Positions 28,693 through 38,693 of a stretch of DNA of 64,000 nucleotides are shown piece by piece. The stretch lies in contig JAFCCO010000003.1 in the NCBI GenBank assembly GCA_017610175.1, positions 21,852 to 85,851 of the forward strand, written 5' to 3'. Position 1 is the stretch's first letter. Every line of letters starts with the position of its first letter. This DNA comes from Candidatus Iainarchaeum sp. GTDB taxonomy: Archaea; Iainarchaeota; Iainarchaeia; Iainarchaeales; GCA-2688035. A model generated the notes under the pieces. The model was not told the DNA's origin and ran no database searches. It worked only from the letters and a program-made list of their open reading frames with translations. The position numbers and the translations under genes were made by a program.

Positions 28693-29574
28693 TTATTTTG
28701 ATTTAGTACTCATATCTGCCAGAAAGCCAAAAAGGATTACCTGCAACCCTGAAATCAGCAGAAGAAGCATTAACAAAAGCAGTCCTGTGTGCCCCTGGAT
28801 CCCGCTAGTAAAATGGAGAAAAGTAAAATATAAACCAAGAACAAAACCTGTTGCGAACAATGCAGCTCCAATAGAGCCAAAAAATTTAAGCGGCGCAAAA
28901 TCGCGGTATACGCGAAGCAGGTTAATGCCCGCCCTTACTGCATATTCCAGTGGATGTGCAATGAGTCTGCTCTCGTCATTGCGCTTTGCAAAATAAGCGG
29001 GAATTTCGACTACTGCAAAATTGTTTCGCACAGCACGCACCACTTGCTCTTGAGTATAAGTGTGGTTGGAAATTATTGCAAGCCGGGCTATGTCTGTATT
29101 AAATGCCCTAAACCCTGTTTGCGGGTCCGTTATCTTCCTGTGAACAATCTGAGAAATTACTTTTGCAAACGCAATATTTCCAAGTCTCTTAAGAAAAGGC
29201 ATCTGCTCGATTGTCCCCAAAAACCTGCTTCCCAATACAAGATCGTTTCCCTCCTTCATCTTCTCAAGCAAGGAAGGAATTTCATCGGCACGGTATTGCA
29301 AATCAGCATCAATATGAACAATAGCATCGGCGTTAAGCTTGAGCACCTGTTGCATTTCAGTGCGAAAAGTTGATGCAAGGCCCATATTACGCCTGTGGCT
29401 GAAGACCTTCGCTCCTGCGGCCCTTGCAAGGCTTGCCGTGCGGTCTGTGGACCCGTCATCAACAACCAGAATAGAAAAGTCGGTTCCCGACATCGCATCC
29501 TTAATTTCTGCAATTTGCCGGGATATTGTGCCTTCTTCATTAAAAGCCGGTATTGACACAACAATTTGTCCCAA
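28693..29574 (-). CDS. Glycosyltransferase family 2 (polyprenol-phosphate sugar synthase-like)
   Basis: IPAFNEE, VVDDGSTD, DADLQY, GSRF, DPQTGFR; two C-terminal TM helices. Confidence 0.92.
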   Translation of the reverse strand: MGQIVVSIPAFNEEGTISRQIAEIKDAMSGTDFSILVVDDGSTDRTASLARAAGAKVFSHRRNMGLASTFRTEMQQVLKLNADAIVHIDADLQYRADEIPSLLEKMKEGNDLVLGSRFLGTIEQMPFLKRLGNIAFAKVISQIVHRKITDPQTGFRAFNTDIARLAIISNHTYTQEQVVRAVRNNFAVVEIPAYFAKRNDESRLIAHPLEYAVRAGINLLRVYRDFAPLKFFGSIGAALFATGFVLGLYFTFLHFTSGIQGHTGLLLLMLLLLISGLQVILFGFLADMSTKSK

Positions 29575-29647
29575 AGAGATCCCCTATAAATTATAACCCA
29601 ACAAGTATTAATAAGTTTAGTTTAGAAGACAATTAGGTGTTGATTTT

Positions 29648-31405
29648 TTGTTTGGGCTTTTGCTAACAATCATTATTTACACGCTTCCGGGATTTCTTAT
29701 TTTGGAATGCTTCAAATTCAAGGGAGCAAACAAAATTCTGCTTGGAACCGCGGTCTCCCTTGCAGTGACCCCAGCCATTATGTACAGCCTATCGCTCGTG
29801 GTGCCGATTAACACAGTTGCAGTCACATTGTACTCCCTTGCCCTGCTTGCACTTGCCTATTCAAAAAGAAAATCCCTTAGACTCGAATTGGGGGCAATCC
29901 TTCAGACTCACACACCAAGCAACGCTTTGGAAAAAACCGCTCTTGTCCTTATGTTTGCTATAATTACAGTCATTAGCACATACCTTATTTTGGCGCCACC
30001 TGTTTACTGGGACGACCTCACATACCATGTGCCCTTAATTAATGATTTTGCAGAAGATGGGCAATTTGAAACCTATGCGCAGCCAAAAAATGACTTCGAG
30101 CTTCGATCAAATCGCTATCCCCTTCTCTTTGAAACAGCAGTCGGCATCCCAAAAATGCTTTCCCCTTTCCCTGCATGGAAACTTGTGCCAGCCATTGCAT
30201 TTGCTCTCGCAGCATACACCATATTTCTTCTCTCCAAGGAAGCCAAAAAACCCACTGTCTGGGGGGCGGTGCTGTTTGTTTCAACCATTGAAATCCTATG
30301 GCACTCCGCCGCCTCATTCTATGTCGACATCTACCTGAGCATGCTTATTGCGGGAGCGGTGTATTTTGCACTAAGATTCTTAAAGGAACGTCAGAAAGCC
30401 CTTCTCTTCGCAAGCAGCTTGTTCATTGGAACCGCAATACTTACAAAATTTACAGGAATAATTTTTGCAGCCCTGCTCATTGCCTTCATCGCCTTTAAAA
30501 CCAGAAAAATAAAAACAGGCCTTTGCGCCGCACTAAGTGCACTGGCGGTAAGCGCAGCATATGCAGTAAGTCAGCTGCTGAGTTACGGCTTTAACACAAA
30601 TGTTGGCATAGCAAACTATGGCACAATTTCAGAAAATGGAATTGCCCACTCTTTTTTGAGGAATATTTCAATGACTGCATCAATACTGGGAAACTTTTTG
30701 CTAACATTTAGGTTTTCACCGGTAGTGCTGGTTTTATTTGCTGCATCGATTGTAAAAAATCGCAAAAACACTCAGGCTCTTTTAAACCACGCAACGCTTT
30801 TGCTGGGAATCGGTTTCTTGTTGGCAACATTTTTTTCAAAGGCATTCCCCACCCCCACCGGCCTGCCAAGATACCTGTTTCCAATTTATGGGCTTTCATG
30901 CGCTTCGGCTGGAGCTTACATAACCTCAATAGACAGAGGGTTGATGAAAAAAATCGTAATGGCAATGGCTCTTGTGAGTATACTGCTTGGGTTCTTTGTC
31001 ATTGTTGACGAGTTTGGCCCAAAAATTGAATATTACAGTGCACAAGGCCCAGAATTGTCATCAGGGGGAATGCCAATTCCAAATGAAAAAGGGATTCGTG
31101 TTTTTTTCCCAATTTCCAATGCTTTTGTCCTAGGGCTTGAAAAAACAGACCTACGTGACTTTCAGTCCTACAAACATATTGACTCAAATGTGTGTCGCTT
31201 TCTAACGGAGCAAGAAATAGACTATGTTGTTCTAGCGGCATTTGACCTGTGGAAAAGTGAAACAACACGCTTTGGAACTACACGCCTTGGTGTCACGAAA
31301 GTCGAATTTGTAAAAAATCTTGAGATTGAAATGGAAAAAAAGGGCTGCATAGAAATTATCGGTGGGCAAAATAGGTTTACTACAACACTAAAGGTAAGGA
31401 GATAG
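29648..31405 (+). CDS. GT-C fold membrane glycosyltransferase (ArnT/PMT-like)
   Basis: About 13 TM helices; WDDLTYH, YP, ILTKFTG and PRYLFP motifs. Confidence 0.75.
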   Translation: MFGLLLTIIIYTLPGFLILECFKFKGANKILLGTAVSLAVTPAIMYSLSLVVPINTVAVTLYSLALLALAYSKRKSLRLELGAILQTHTPSNALEKTALVLMFAIITVISTYLILAPPVYWDDLTYHVPLINDFAEDGQFETYAQPKNDFELRSNRYPLLFETAVGIPKMLSPFPAWKLVPAIAFALAAYTIFLLSKEAKKPTVWGAVLFVSTIEILWHSAASFYVDIYLSMLIAGAVYFALRFLKERQKALLFASSLFIGTAILTKFTGIIFAALLIAFIAFKTRKIKTGLCAALSALAVSAAYAVSQLLSYGFNTNVGIANYGTISENGIAHSFLRNISMTASILGNFLLTFRFSPVVLVLFAASIVKNRKNTQALLNHATLLLGIGFLLATFFSKAFPTPTGLPRYLFPIYGLSCASAGAYITSIDRGLMKKIVMAMALVSILLGFFVIVDEFGPKIEYYSAQGPELSSGGMPIPNEKGIRVFFPISNAFVLGLEKTDLRDFQSYKHIDSNVCRFLTEQEIDYVVLAAFDLWKSETTRFGTTRLGVTKVEFVKNLEIEMEKKGCIEIIGGQNRFTTTLKVRR

Positions 31406-31407
31406 TT

Positions 31408-31776
31408 ATGAGTCTGAAATTAAAACGCCAAACACTTGAAACCATCTGCGAGGCCTCAAAAAACGTTTACCCAAAAGAATTCATTGCAATGCTTGGAATG
31501 AGTGAAGGAAAAGCAATTGATGAAATAGTGGTATTGCCGGCAACCTTTGGAGAAAACTTTTCATCAATTCGCACAGACTTGCTCCCTGTTGATGCAAGCG
31601 TCGTGGGTTCAGTGCATTCACACCCCTCACCCCACCCTTATCCAAGCGGAGCAGATTTAAATGTTTTCAGAAAAACAGGAAAAATACATTTAATAATTGC
31701 TTACCCCTTTTCTTTTAAGAGCGTAAGGGCATTTGATGCAAAGGGCATTGAATTACAGCTGGAAGTGGTTGAGTGA
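31408..31776 (+). CDS. JAMM/MPN+ metalloprotease (Mov34 family)
   Basis: PKEF glutamate and HSHPSPHPYPSGAD motif. Confidence 0.92.
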   Translation: MSLKLKRQTLETICEASKNVYPKEFIAMLGMSEGKAIDEIVVLPATFGENFSSIRTDLLPVDASVVGSVHSHPSPHPYPSGADLNVFRKTGKIHLIIAYPFSFKSVRAFDAKGIELQLEVVE

Positions 31777-33293
31777 AAAAAGTAATCTTTGTAATAAGGG
31801 ACGGGTGGGGCTACAGGAAAAGCAAGGAAAACAATGCAATAGCAAAAGCAAATACCCCTAATACAGACCGTTTAATGCGCGAATACCCAAATACCCTGCT
31901 TGGATGCACTGGAAAAGCCGTCGGACTGGCAGACGGATTTCAGGGAAATTCAGAGGTCGGGCACTTGACGATTGGGGCGGGGAGGATTATTTTCCAGCCA
32001 ATGGAGAGAATAAACAAATCAATTGAAGACGGTGATTTCTTTGAAAACAAGGCATTTCTAGAGGCTGTTGAAAACTGCAAGCGCAACAAAACAAGCCTGC
32101 ACCTGATTGGATTGCTGCAAAGCGAAGGGGTGCATGCACACGAAAAGCATCTTTATGCCCTGCTTGAGCTATGCAAGAGAGAGAACCTTGAAAACATACG
32201 GGTTCACGTGGTTACCGATGGGCGGGATGCGCCGGTAAACGACGGAATAAAACATGTGAGAAAATTAAAGGAAAAAATGAAAGAGCTTGGGATTGGAAAA
32301 ATTGCCACACTCTCAGGGCGATACTTTACAATGGACCGTGATAAGCGATGGGACCGCACAAAAAAAGCATATGACTGCATTGTAAATGCAGAATGCGGTG
32401 AGTTTGGGGAAATAGAAAAAAAGATAGGGGAAAATTATGCAAAAGGCGAGACAGACGAGTTTGCAGAACCCGTTAAGACAAAAGATTATTTGGGAATTAA
32501 GGAAAATGATTCAGTTATATTCTTCAACTTCAGAACAGACAGGCCAAGGCAGTTGACCCAGGCAATAGTTGAAAAAAAATTCGACGGCTGGAAAAGGAAA
32601 GCGATGAACGTTTTCTACGTTGGAATGACCTCTTATTATAAGCCAATGAATGCAAAAGTCGCATTTGGGAACATAAAAATTGAAAACCTACTTGGGCAAG
32701 TTGTGAGCGAGTCTGGAATAAAACAGCTCCGCATTTCTGAAACCGAAAAGTATGCACACGTAACCTTCTTCTTCAACGGGCAAATAGAAAAACCGGCCAA
32801 GGGGGAGGATCGCCTGCTTGTGGCTTCACCAAAAGTTGCGACCTATGATTTAAAGCCTGAAATGAGCGCTTTTGAAGTTACAGAAAAGCTGGTTCGGGAA
32901 ATAAAAAAAGACAAATACGGCTTCATTGTTGTGAACCTTGTGAACTGCGACCTTGTTGGGCACACGGGCAAAGAAAAAGCTTCATTGAAAGCCGCTGAAA
33001 CTGTTGACAACTGTGTTGGGCAAATTGTGAGTGCCGGGCTTGAAAAAGATTATGTGCTCTTTATATTTGCGGACCACGGGAACCTTGAGGACCAAAGCGA
33101 CGAGTGGAGAACATCACACACAAAGAACAAAGTACAGTTTATGCTTATTTCCAATGCCCCTGAGCTAAAAAATGCAAAACTTATTGAAGGAAAGGGCTTG
33201 CAGGACATTGCACCAACCGCAATTGAGCTGATGGGATTGGAGAAACCGGCTGAAATGACAGGTAAAAACCTTGTATCAACGAGCCGACACTAA
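31773..33293 (+). CDS. gpmI: 2,3-bisphosphoglycerate-independent phosphoglycerate mutase (bacterial type)
   Basis: DGWG, GNSEVGH, DGRD, MDRDKRW, ETEKYAHVT, DLVGHTG, ADHGN. Confidence 0.96.
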   Translation: MKKVIFVIRDGWGYRKSKENNAIAKANTPNTDRLMREYPNTLLGCTGKAVGLADGFQGNSEVGHLTIGAGRIIFQPMERINKSIEDGDFFENKAFLEAVENCKRNKTSLHLIGLLQSEGVHAHEKHLYALLELCKRENLENIRVHVVTDGRDAPVNDGIKHVRKLKEKMKELGIGKIATLSGRYFTMDRDKRWDRTKKAYDCIVNAECGEFGEIEKKIGENYAKGETDEFAEPVKTKDYLGIKENDSVIFFNFRTDRPRQLTQAIVEKKFDGWKRKAMNVFYVGMTSYYKPMNAKVAFGNIKIENLLGQVVSESGIKQLRISETEKYAHVTFFFNGQIEKPAKGEDRLLVASPKVATYDLKPEMSAFEVTEKLVREIKKDKYGFIVVNLVNCDLVGHTGKEKASLKAAETVDNCVGQIVSAGLEKDYVLFIFADHGNLEDQSDEWRTSHTKNKVQFMLISNAPELKNAKLIEGKGLQDIAPTAIELMGLEKPAEMTGKNLVSTSRH

Positions 33294-33326
33294 TTTTAAA
33301 TAGTAGCTAAGGCTTAATACTAGCGC

Positions 33327-33731
33327 ATGAAACGCGGCCAAGTTAGCTTTGACTTTATCCTTGCAGTAATCGTTGCACTGGTTTTCATTTCAGGCCTGCA
33401 GCTTCTCAATACAGAAATACAGCAAACACAGAAATTTGCAGCAGTGAGAAACCAGGAAAAGGCAATTGCCCTGCAGGTTCACGGAATAATTTCAACCGCG
33501 AAAATTCTTGACGAAGCGGGTGCAATTGTAGACATAGAATATGAAACTGTAAAAATGCTTGTCCCAGGGGAAGCAATACTAAGCGGCTGCACAATAGACC
33601 TGCAAAACAAACAAGTGATATACAATCTTAATGGAACAAATGTAGTTACGAACATCCCGGATTTTGATGCAGGCAATTTAATAATCCCAAACCAGGTTGA
33701 CTGCGGGGACATGTTATCAATAACAAAATGA
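33327..33731 (+). CDS. Class III signal peptide (pilin-like) protein
   Basis: MKRG/QVSFDFILAVIV. Confidence 0.8.
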   Translation: MKRGQVSFDFILAVIVALVFISGLQLLNTEIQQTQKFAAVRNQEKAIALQVHGIISTAKILDEAGAIVDIEYETVKMLVPGEAILSGCTIDLQNKQVIYNLNGTNVVTNIPDFDAGNLIIPNQVDCGDMLSITK

Positions 33732-34231
33732 TTGGATTGATTGAATTGAACAAAAAAGGGCAGATATTTTCACTGGATTTTCTAATTTCATTGATAGCGG
33801 TAACACTCGCGATAGGGCTGTTGCTGCAAATGAGCGAGCTAAAGGCTTACAATGAAAAAGAGGAAGCCGCATGGCAAAAATTAAAGCAGCTGGGTGAAAC
33901 CGCTTCAAGGCTCCTTGTAAACAACCCGGACATAATATGCGACGTTGACAACGGCGCAAGCGATTTTGTCATAAGCAACTGCATTGACTCAACAAAAACA
34001 ATTAACAGGGCAGCCCTTGGTCTGCCTTTAGATATTGGGTTTTCAGTTAAAAGCCACGGCCCTGTTCCAGCCATAGATGAAAGCTCCGGTGCCCGCGGAG
34101 TGGATGCCGACTATTACTCGGTTAAGAGAACAGTTGTTGTAAACAACAGCCAGGTTTCAAAAGCAAATTACCTCAATCAGACATTCACAGAGGGTCCGTA
34201 TGAAATAGTTTTGGCGGTGTGGAAAGAATGA
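33728..34231 (+). CDS. Class III signal peptide (minor pilin-like) protein
   Basis: NKKG/QIFSLDFLISLIAV; ATGA overlaps on both sides. Confidence 0.78.
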   Translation: MIGLIELNKKGQIFSLDFLISLIAVTLAIGLLLQMSELKAYNEKEEAAWQKLKQLGETASRLLVNNPDIICDVDNGASDFVISNCIDSTKTINRAALGLPLDIGFSVKSHGPVPAIDESSGARGVDADYYSVKRTVVVNNSQVSKANYLNQTFTEGPYEIVLAVWKE

Positions 34232-34542
34232 ATAGAGGGTTTATCTTTACCATAGACGCGGCACTTAGCCTGATTTCAGTAATGATACTTGCGCTTCTCT
34301 TTACTTCCTACTTTGATACCGCGGAACCAAAAACAGATTTATACGAAAAGGTGGAAATCAAAGCAAGCGATGCGGCAATTGTTGGAAACCACCTTAACCG
34401 GGACGCAGTTGGAATGGGTGTTTCCGCAAGTATGCCTGCAAACAGTGAATTTGTTGCATGCCGCAAGTCATACAGGTTTAATGCAGGATCCCCAACATCT
34501 GTTACTGAAAACAAATATTGCGTGGGGTCGGCGACGCCATGA
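34228..34542 (+). CDS. Class III signal peptide (minor pilin-like) protein
   Basis: MNRG/FIFTIDAALSL. Confidence 0.75.
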   Translation: MNRGFIFTIDAALSLISVMILALLFTSYFDTAEPKTDLYEKVEIKASDAAIVGNHLNRDAVGMGVSASMPANSEFVACRKSYRFNAGSPTSVTENKYCVGSATP

Positions 34543-35033
34543 AAAAAGGACTTTATTCAGGAATAATAGCGCTTAGCGCACTTGTGCTGGCGGTGGCACT
34601 TACATCAAGCGCAAGCCAGGCAATTGCCGCGAAAGATGCCGCAATTTATGAAAATGCAATAGTTGACGTTAAAACAAGCTGGCAAAATGCACGCGCGGTA
34701 CTTGATGAACTCACAAGCGAATCAATTGCCGAGCACATTGAAACCAATGGCTGCTTATACAGTGACCCATCAGCCCAGCTAAGTGCGGATTACTTCACTG
34801 CGCTTGACAATATGTGGGATGGCAAATGCACTTTCATAAGCGCAAACGCAATTGAAACAGTGCCCGGACAGGTGGATGTAGATGCAAGATTTTCATGCGC
34901 CCTTATTTTTGGAACCAAATTCAGCGCGCTCTACGACCAAAGAACAACATTCAGCAAAAGCTATGATACAAGCGGCCTCTGTGTTACTGTGACAGATATT
35001 GCGTCCGGCAGGGTTGAGGCAACCAGACCATAG
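34539..35033 (+). CDS. Pilin-like secreted protein
   Basis: MKKG/LYSGIIALSALVLAV; ATGA overlap; four Cys. Confidence 0.6.
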   Translation: MKKGLYSGIIALSALVLAVALTSSASQAIAAKDAAIYENAIVDVKTSWQNARAVLDELTSESIAEHIETNGCLYSDPSAQLSADYFTALDNMWDGKCTFISANAIETVPGQVDVDARFSCALIFGTKFSALYDQRTTFSKSYDTSGLCVTVTDIASGRVEATRP

Positions 35034-36794
35034 CTATTGGTAATAGTACTTTCCCTTCTTTTTCTGTTCAACGTCTTTCTGGCTTCCCAACTTGTTTGCA
35101 CGGGGTCTGCCTGTGCTTGGGTCGCGCCTGAATGACATGCCCATTTCCCGGAGGAAACGGTTCATTCCAACCTTCTTTTCAAGAGGGGCTGAAGCAATAC
35201 CATGCTTTGCAGACTCACCGGAAAAGACAATCAGGCTGTCGCTTACATAATCCTGGAAAAGAATGTCGTGGTCAACAACCAAGGCGACCTTGCTTTTCAC
35301 AGCAACAACGCTCTTGATTGCGTCCGCAACCCTCAGCCTGTCCTCCACATCAATGAATGCAGACGGCTCATCAAGAAGCAATAGGTCACTTTCAAGAGCA
35401 AGATTGTAGGCAACACTTACTTTTTGCAGCTCACCGCCACTCAGTTCAAAAAGGGGCTTTTCAAACAAGCGCTTTACCTTAAGCCTTCGTTCAATTTCAA
35501 GTTCAAAAAGATCCTTATCAATTCCGGATTTAAACAGGCTTGAAACAAGGGAATCATTTGGTTTTAGGTATTGTGGCTTGTAAGCAACCTTTAAGGAAAA
35601 ATCAAGCTGGGCATTGTCCGGCTTAATCTCTGACGCAAACATTTTCACAAGAGTTGTCTTTCCAATGCCGTTTGGGCCCATTAGGCCAATTACCTCTCCC
35701 TTTCCAAGGTCTCCGGCCTCAACCTCGAGTGAAAAGTCCCCTAGTTTTTTCTCCAAAGCAGGGTATTTTGCAATCGTTTCCTTCTCAGTTTCCTCTGTCG
35801 CAGCACGCACACTGAAATGAAGTTCCTTTTCCCTGAAACGCATGTTTTCATCTCGGAGGAAACCGTCTAGGAACTCATTAATTCCGTTAAGTGTGCTTTT
35901 TGGATTTCCAACAATCCCGTAGACCGCAGGGGTTCCGTAAATTATGTAAATAATGTCGCTCAAATAATCGAGAACGGCAAGATCGTGCTCTACAACCACA
36001 ACGTGTTTGCCTGATTCCGCCACCGTTCGGATAAGTTTTGCCGCATTGAGCCTCTGTCTGACATCAAGATAGGAAGATGGCTCGTCAAGGAAGTAAACGT
36101 CCGCGTCTTTCAGCAGGCAGGCCGCAATTGCAATTCGCTGCAACTCCCCGCCTGAAACCTTTGAAATTTCGTGGTCGAGAACAGCTGCAATCTCAAGCTC
36201 TTTGGAAAGGGGACCAAGCTTTGAGCGTTCATCAACTTTTGAAAGCAAATCGCGGACAGTTCCGCTGAATTTTTCAGGAATTACATCTACATTCTGCGGC
36301 TTGTAAGAAAGTTTTAAACCACCCCTGGCAAGTGAAGTGAAGAAAGCCTGCTCTTCCCTGCCCTTAAAAAACTGGATTACGCGTTCATAATCCGGGTCTT
36401 CATTAAATTTTCCAAGGTTTGGAACAATCGCGCCTGAAAGAATGTTGAGAACCGTGCTCTTTCCGATTCCGTTTCGACCAAGGATTCCGGCAACCGCCCC
36501 CTTCTTTGGGGCAGGCAAGCCGTAAAGCCTGAAAGTGTTTTCGCCAAACTGGTGCAATGGCGGGGTTTTTCGCTCCGATGCTAGATTGATTACGGTTATG
36601 CAGCCGGTTGGGCATTTTTTAGGGCAAATTCCGCACCCAATGCAAAGTTCCTCACTTATAACCGGCTTATTTTCTTCATTCAAAACAATGCATTCCTTCC
36701 CCGAACGGTTAACCGGACAGACGCCTCCGCAAATGAAGGAGCAGCCCTCCCCGTTAATGCACCTTTCCCTGTCAATTACCGCTATTCTCTGCAT
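35034..36794 (-). CDS. rli: Ribosome recycling ATPase ABCE1 (RLI)
   Basis: N-terminal Fe-S domain (CPVN, CIGCGICPKKCP), two ABC domains with SGGELQ, GRPRANK. Confidence 0.97.
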   Translation of the reverse strand: MQRIAVIDRERCINGEGCSFICGGVCPVNRSGKECIVLNEENKPVISEELCIGCGICPKKCPTGCITVINLASERKTPPLHQFGENTFRLYGLPAPKKGAVAGILGRNGIGKSTVLNILSGAIVPNLGKFNEDPDYERVIQFFKGREEQAFFTSLARGGLKLSYKPQNVDVIPEKFSGTVRDLLSKVDERSKLGPLSKELEIAAVLDHEISKVSGGELQRIAIAACLLKDADVYFLDEPSSYLDVRQRLNAAKLIRTVAESGKHVVVVEHDLAVLDYLSDIIYIIYGTPAVYGIVGNPKSTLNGINEFLDGFLRDENMRFREKELHFSVRAATEETEKETIAKYPALEKKLGDFSLEVEAGDLGKGEVIGLMGPNGIGKTTLVKMFASEIKPDNAQLDFSLKVAYKPQYLKPNDSLVSSLFKSGIDKDLFELEIERRLKVKRLFEKPLFELSGGELQKVSVAYNLALESDLLLLDEPSAFIDVEDRLRVADAIKSVVAVKSKVALVVDHDILFQDYVSDSLIVFSGESAKHGIASAPLEKKVGMNRFLREMGMSFRRDPSTGRPRANKLGSQKDVEQKKKGKYYYQ

Positions 36795-36891
36795 AAAAAA
36801 CATCTCTGTTGATTCAATAACAGAATAAGCATTAATATAGATATTTTATTCAAAAAAGCATTTAAAACTGTTTAGATGCCATTAATTTTAC

Positions 36892-37935
36892 ATGCGCATT
36901 CTCAAAATCGACTACAAAACCAAAGAGCTGAAGGTTGTCCCGGAAATTAACGATGACCTATGGCATTTGGAGAGAATAATCGAACCGCACGATTTGGTTA
37001 GCGGAAGCACTAACCGCAAGATAAAGCCAAAGGAAGAGGGCTCAAAGCAAATCAGGGTTAACCTATTTTTAACAATTGATGTTGAAAAAATCGATTTTCG
37101 AAGGGAAACAGGAAATTTGCGCGTTACGGGAAACATTCTTGAGGGAAAGCCCGCAGAACTTATTGAAACCGGAGCCTCGCACAGCATAGAAATCGAGCTT
37201 GGAAAGGAACTCTCAATTAAAAAAAAGGAGCTGAAAAAGTTTCAAATTGAAAGGCTTGAGAAAGCAAAGAAGGCAAGCACTCAGGGAAAGGTATTGCTTG
37301 TTGTGCTGGATGACGAACAGGCGGATTTTGCTTTGCTAAAAGAATTCGAGCTCGAACGAAAAGGAATGTTGAAAAGCGGCAAGACAGGAAAGATGTACGA
37401 AACAGAGCCTGTGAGGGGCAACTATTTCAGTGACATAATTAAAAGAATTGAGGAAGCAAAGCCTGAGAAAGTTGTCGTTGCAGGCCCGGGCTTTGCAAAG
37501 GAAAAGCTTCACAAATTAATCGATGAAAAAAAGCCGAAGGGAATCCAGTTTTTTTACGGCGCAACAAACAGCACGGGAATTACAGGACTGCAGGAACTAA
37601 TTAAGGCAAAAGGCTTTGAAAAGATAATTCAGGAAATGCAGCTGGTGAAGGAAACAAAAATTGTTGAAAGCATTTTTGCAGAACTTGGAAAGGGCTCAGG
37701 GCTTGTGGAATACGGTTTTGAACAGGTGAAGAATGCGGTTGAAGTCGGTGCTGTAAAGGAATTGCTGGTGGTTGATACCCTGATGCTTGATAAGAGGAGC
37801 GAAGTTGAGCCCCTAATGGAAAAAACCGAGCAGATGAAGGGCGAGGTTCACCTTATTGACGCCGAAAATGACGCGGGAAAGAAGCTTGAGTCAATGGGCG
37901 GGATAGTTGCATTTTTAAGGTACAGGCTGAATTAA
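36892..37935 (+). CDS. pelA: Pelota (aDom34) ribosome rescue factor
   Basis: DDLWHL, LRVTG, AGPGF and MGGIVAFLRY motifs. Confidence 0.95.
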   Translation: MRILKIDYKTKELKVVPEINDDLWHLERIIEPHDLVSGSTNRKIKPKEEGSKQIRVNLFLTIDVEKIDFRRETGNLRVTGNILEGKPAELIETGASHSIEIELGKELSIKKKELKKFQIERLEKAKKASTQGKVLLVVLDDEQADFALLKEFELERKGMLKSGKTGKMYETEPVRGNYFSDIIKRIEEAKPEKVVVAGPGFAKEKLHKLIDEKKPKGIQFFYGATNSTGITGLQELIKAKGFEKIIQEMQLVKETKIVESIFAELGKGSGLVEYGFEQVKNAVEVGAVKELLVVDTLMLDKRSEVEPLMEKTEQMKGEVHLIDAENDAGKKLESMGGIVAFLRYRLN

Positions 37936-38295
37936 CTACCTTATCCTGAATTCCAGCCACTCGATTTTTTTCTGATTTACAAGGCCCTTAATCTTCTGCT
38001 GCAGAGGGGAGAGGGTGCTGTTTGCCGCCTTGAATTCACAAAAAATTATCGAGTCCTCGTTGAATGCAACCCCGTCAATTGGGCTTCCGAGAAAACGGAA
38101 GTTCTCGGCATTGAACGGAATGTCCTCAATGAACGGCACAAACTGCTCGGTCATCTTCCCGTATTTTACGGACTGGCTTTTTTTGCTGAACTCAAGCTCT
38201 TCAACACGCAATTCAAGGGCGGTTGCTTTTCTAAAAAAAATGAACGCAAGAATTGCAAGCAATACAACAAACAGTGTAAGGATTAGTTCAAGCAT
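37936..38295 (-). CDS. Membrane-anchored Holliday junction resolvase-like PD-(D/E)xK endonuclease
   Basis: N-terminal TM helix; GKMTEQFVPF, FRFLGSPIDGVAF, CEFK and LSPLQ motifs. Confidence 0.85.
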   Translation of the reverse strand: MLELILTLFVVLLAILAFIFFRKATALELRVEELEFSKKSQSVKYGKMTEQFVPFIEDIPFNAENFRFLGSPIDGVAFNEDSIIFCEFKAANSTLSPLQQKIKGLVNQKKIEWLEFRIR

Positions 38296-38306
38296 TTGAA
38301 ATCGCT

Positions 38307-38654
38307 TTAGTAATATTTTGTGCCCTCGCCGGTTAAGACAACAAGCTTGAATGTTTTTTTGGATTCCTTCAAAGCGGCGAGAAGAGCCATGTGCTCCTTG
38401 CCCGAACCGCTGATTATTGAAACCGCAAGCTCTTCCTTTGGAATGCCTGCCTTAATTTCTTCCTTTACAACTTCGAAACTTGCCCGGTTGTTGATTATTA
38501 CCCACTCAACATCTTTTTGAAGTGAAAAGTTTTCCTTACTCCACTCACTCCCCACAAGAATTATACGGCCCCACTCTTCCTCCGCAATAAGCCTTCCAAC
38601 ATGCCCCCATGTCCCCTTTCCGATTCCAAGCAATGCAATTAAAGCTTTTCCCAT
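38307..38654 (-). CDS. Small alpha/beta protein, predicted standalone CARF-like domain
   Basis: Rossmann-like strand/helix order; ELAVSIISGSGKEHMALLAAL resembles CARF motif II (inference). Confidence 0.5.
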   Translation of the reverse strand: MGKALIALLGIGKGTWGHVGRLIAEEEWGRIILVGSEWSKENFSLQKDVEWVIINNRASFEVVKEEIKAGIPKEELAVSIISGSGKEHMALLAALKESKKTFKLVVLTGEGTKYY

Positions 38655-38693
38655 AAAAAAACCTAATAAAATTGTGCTAATAATGCTTAAAAG

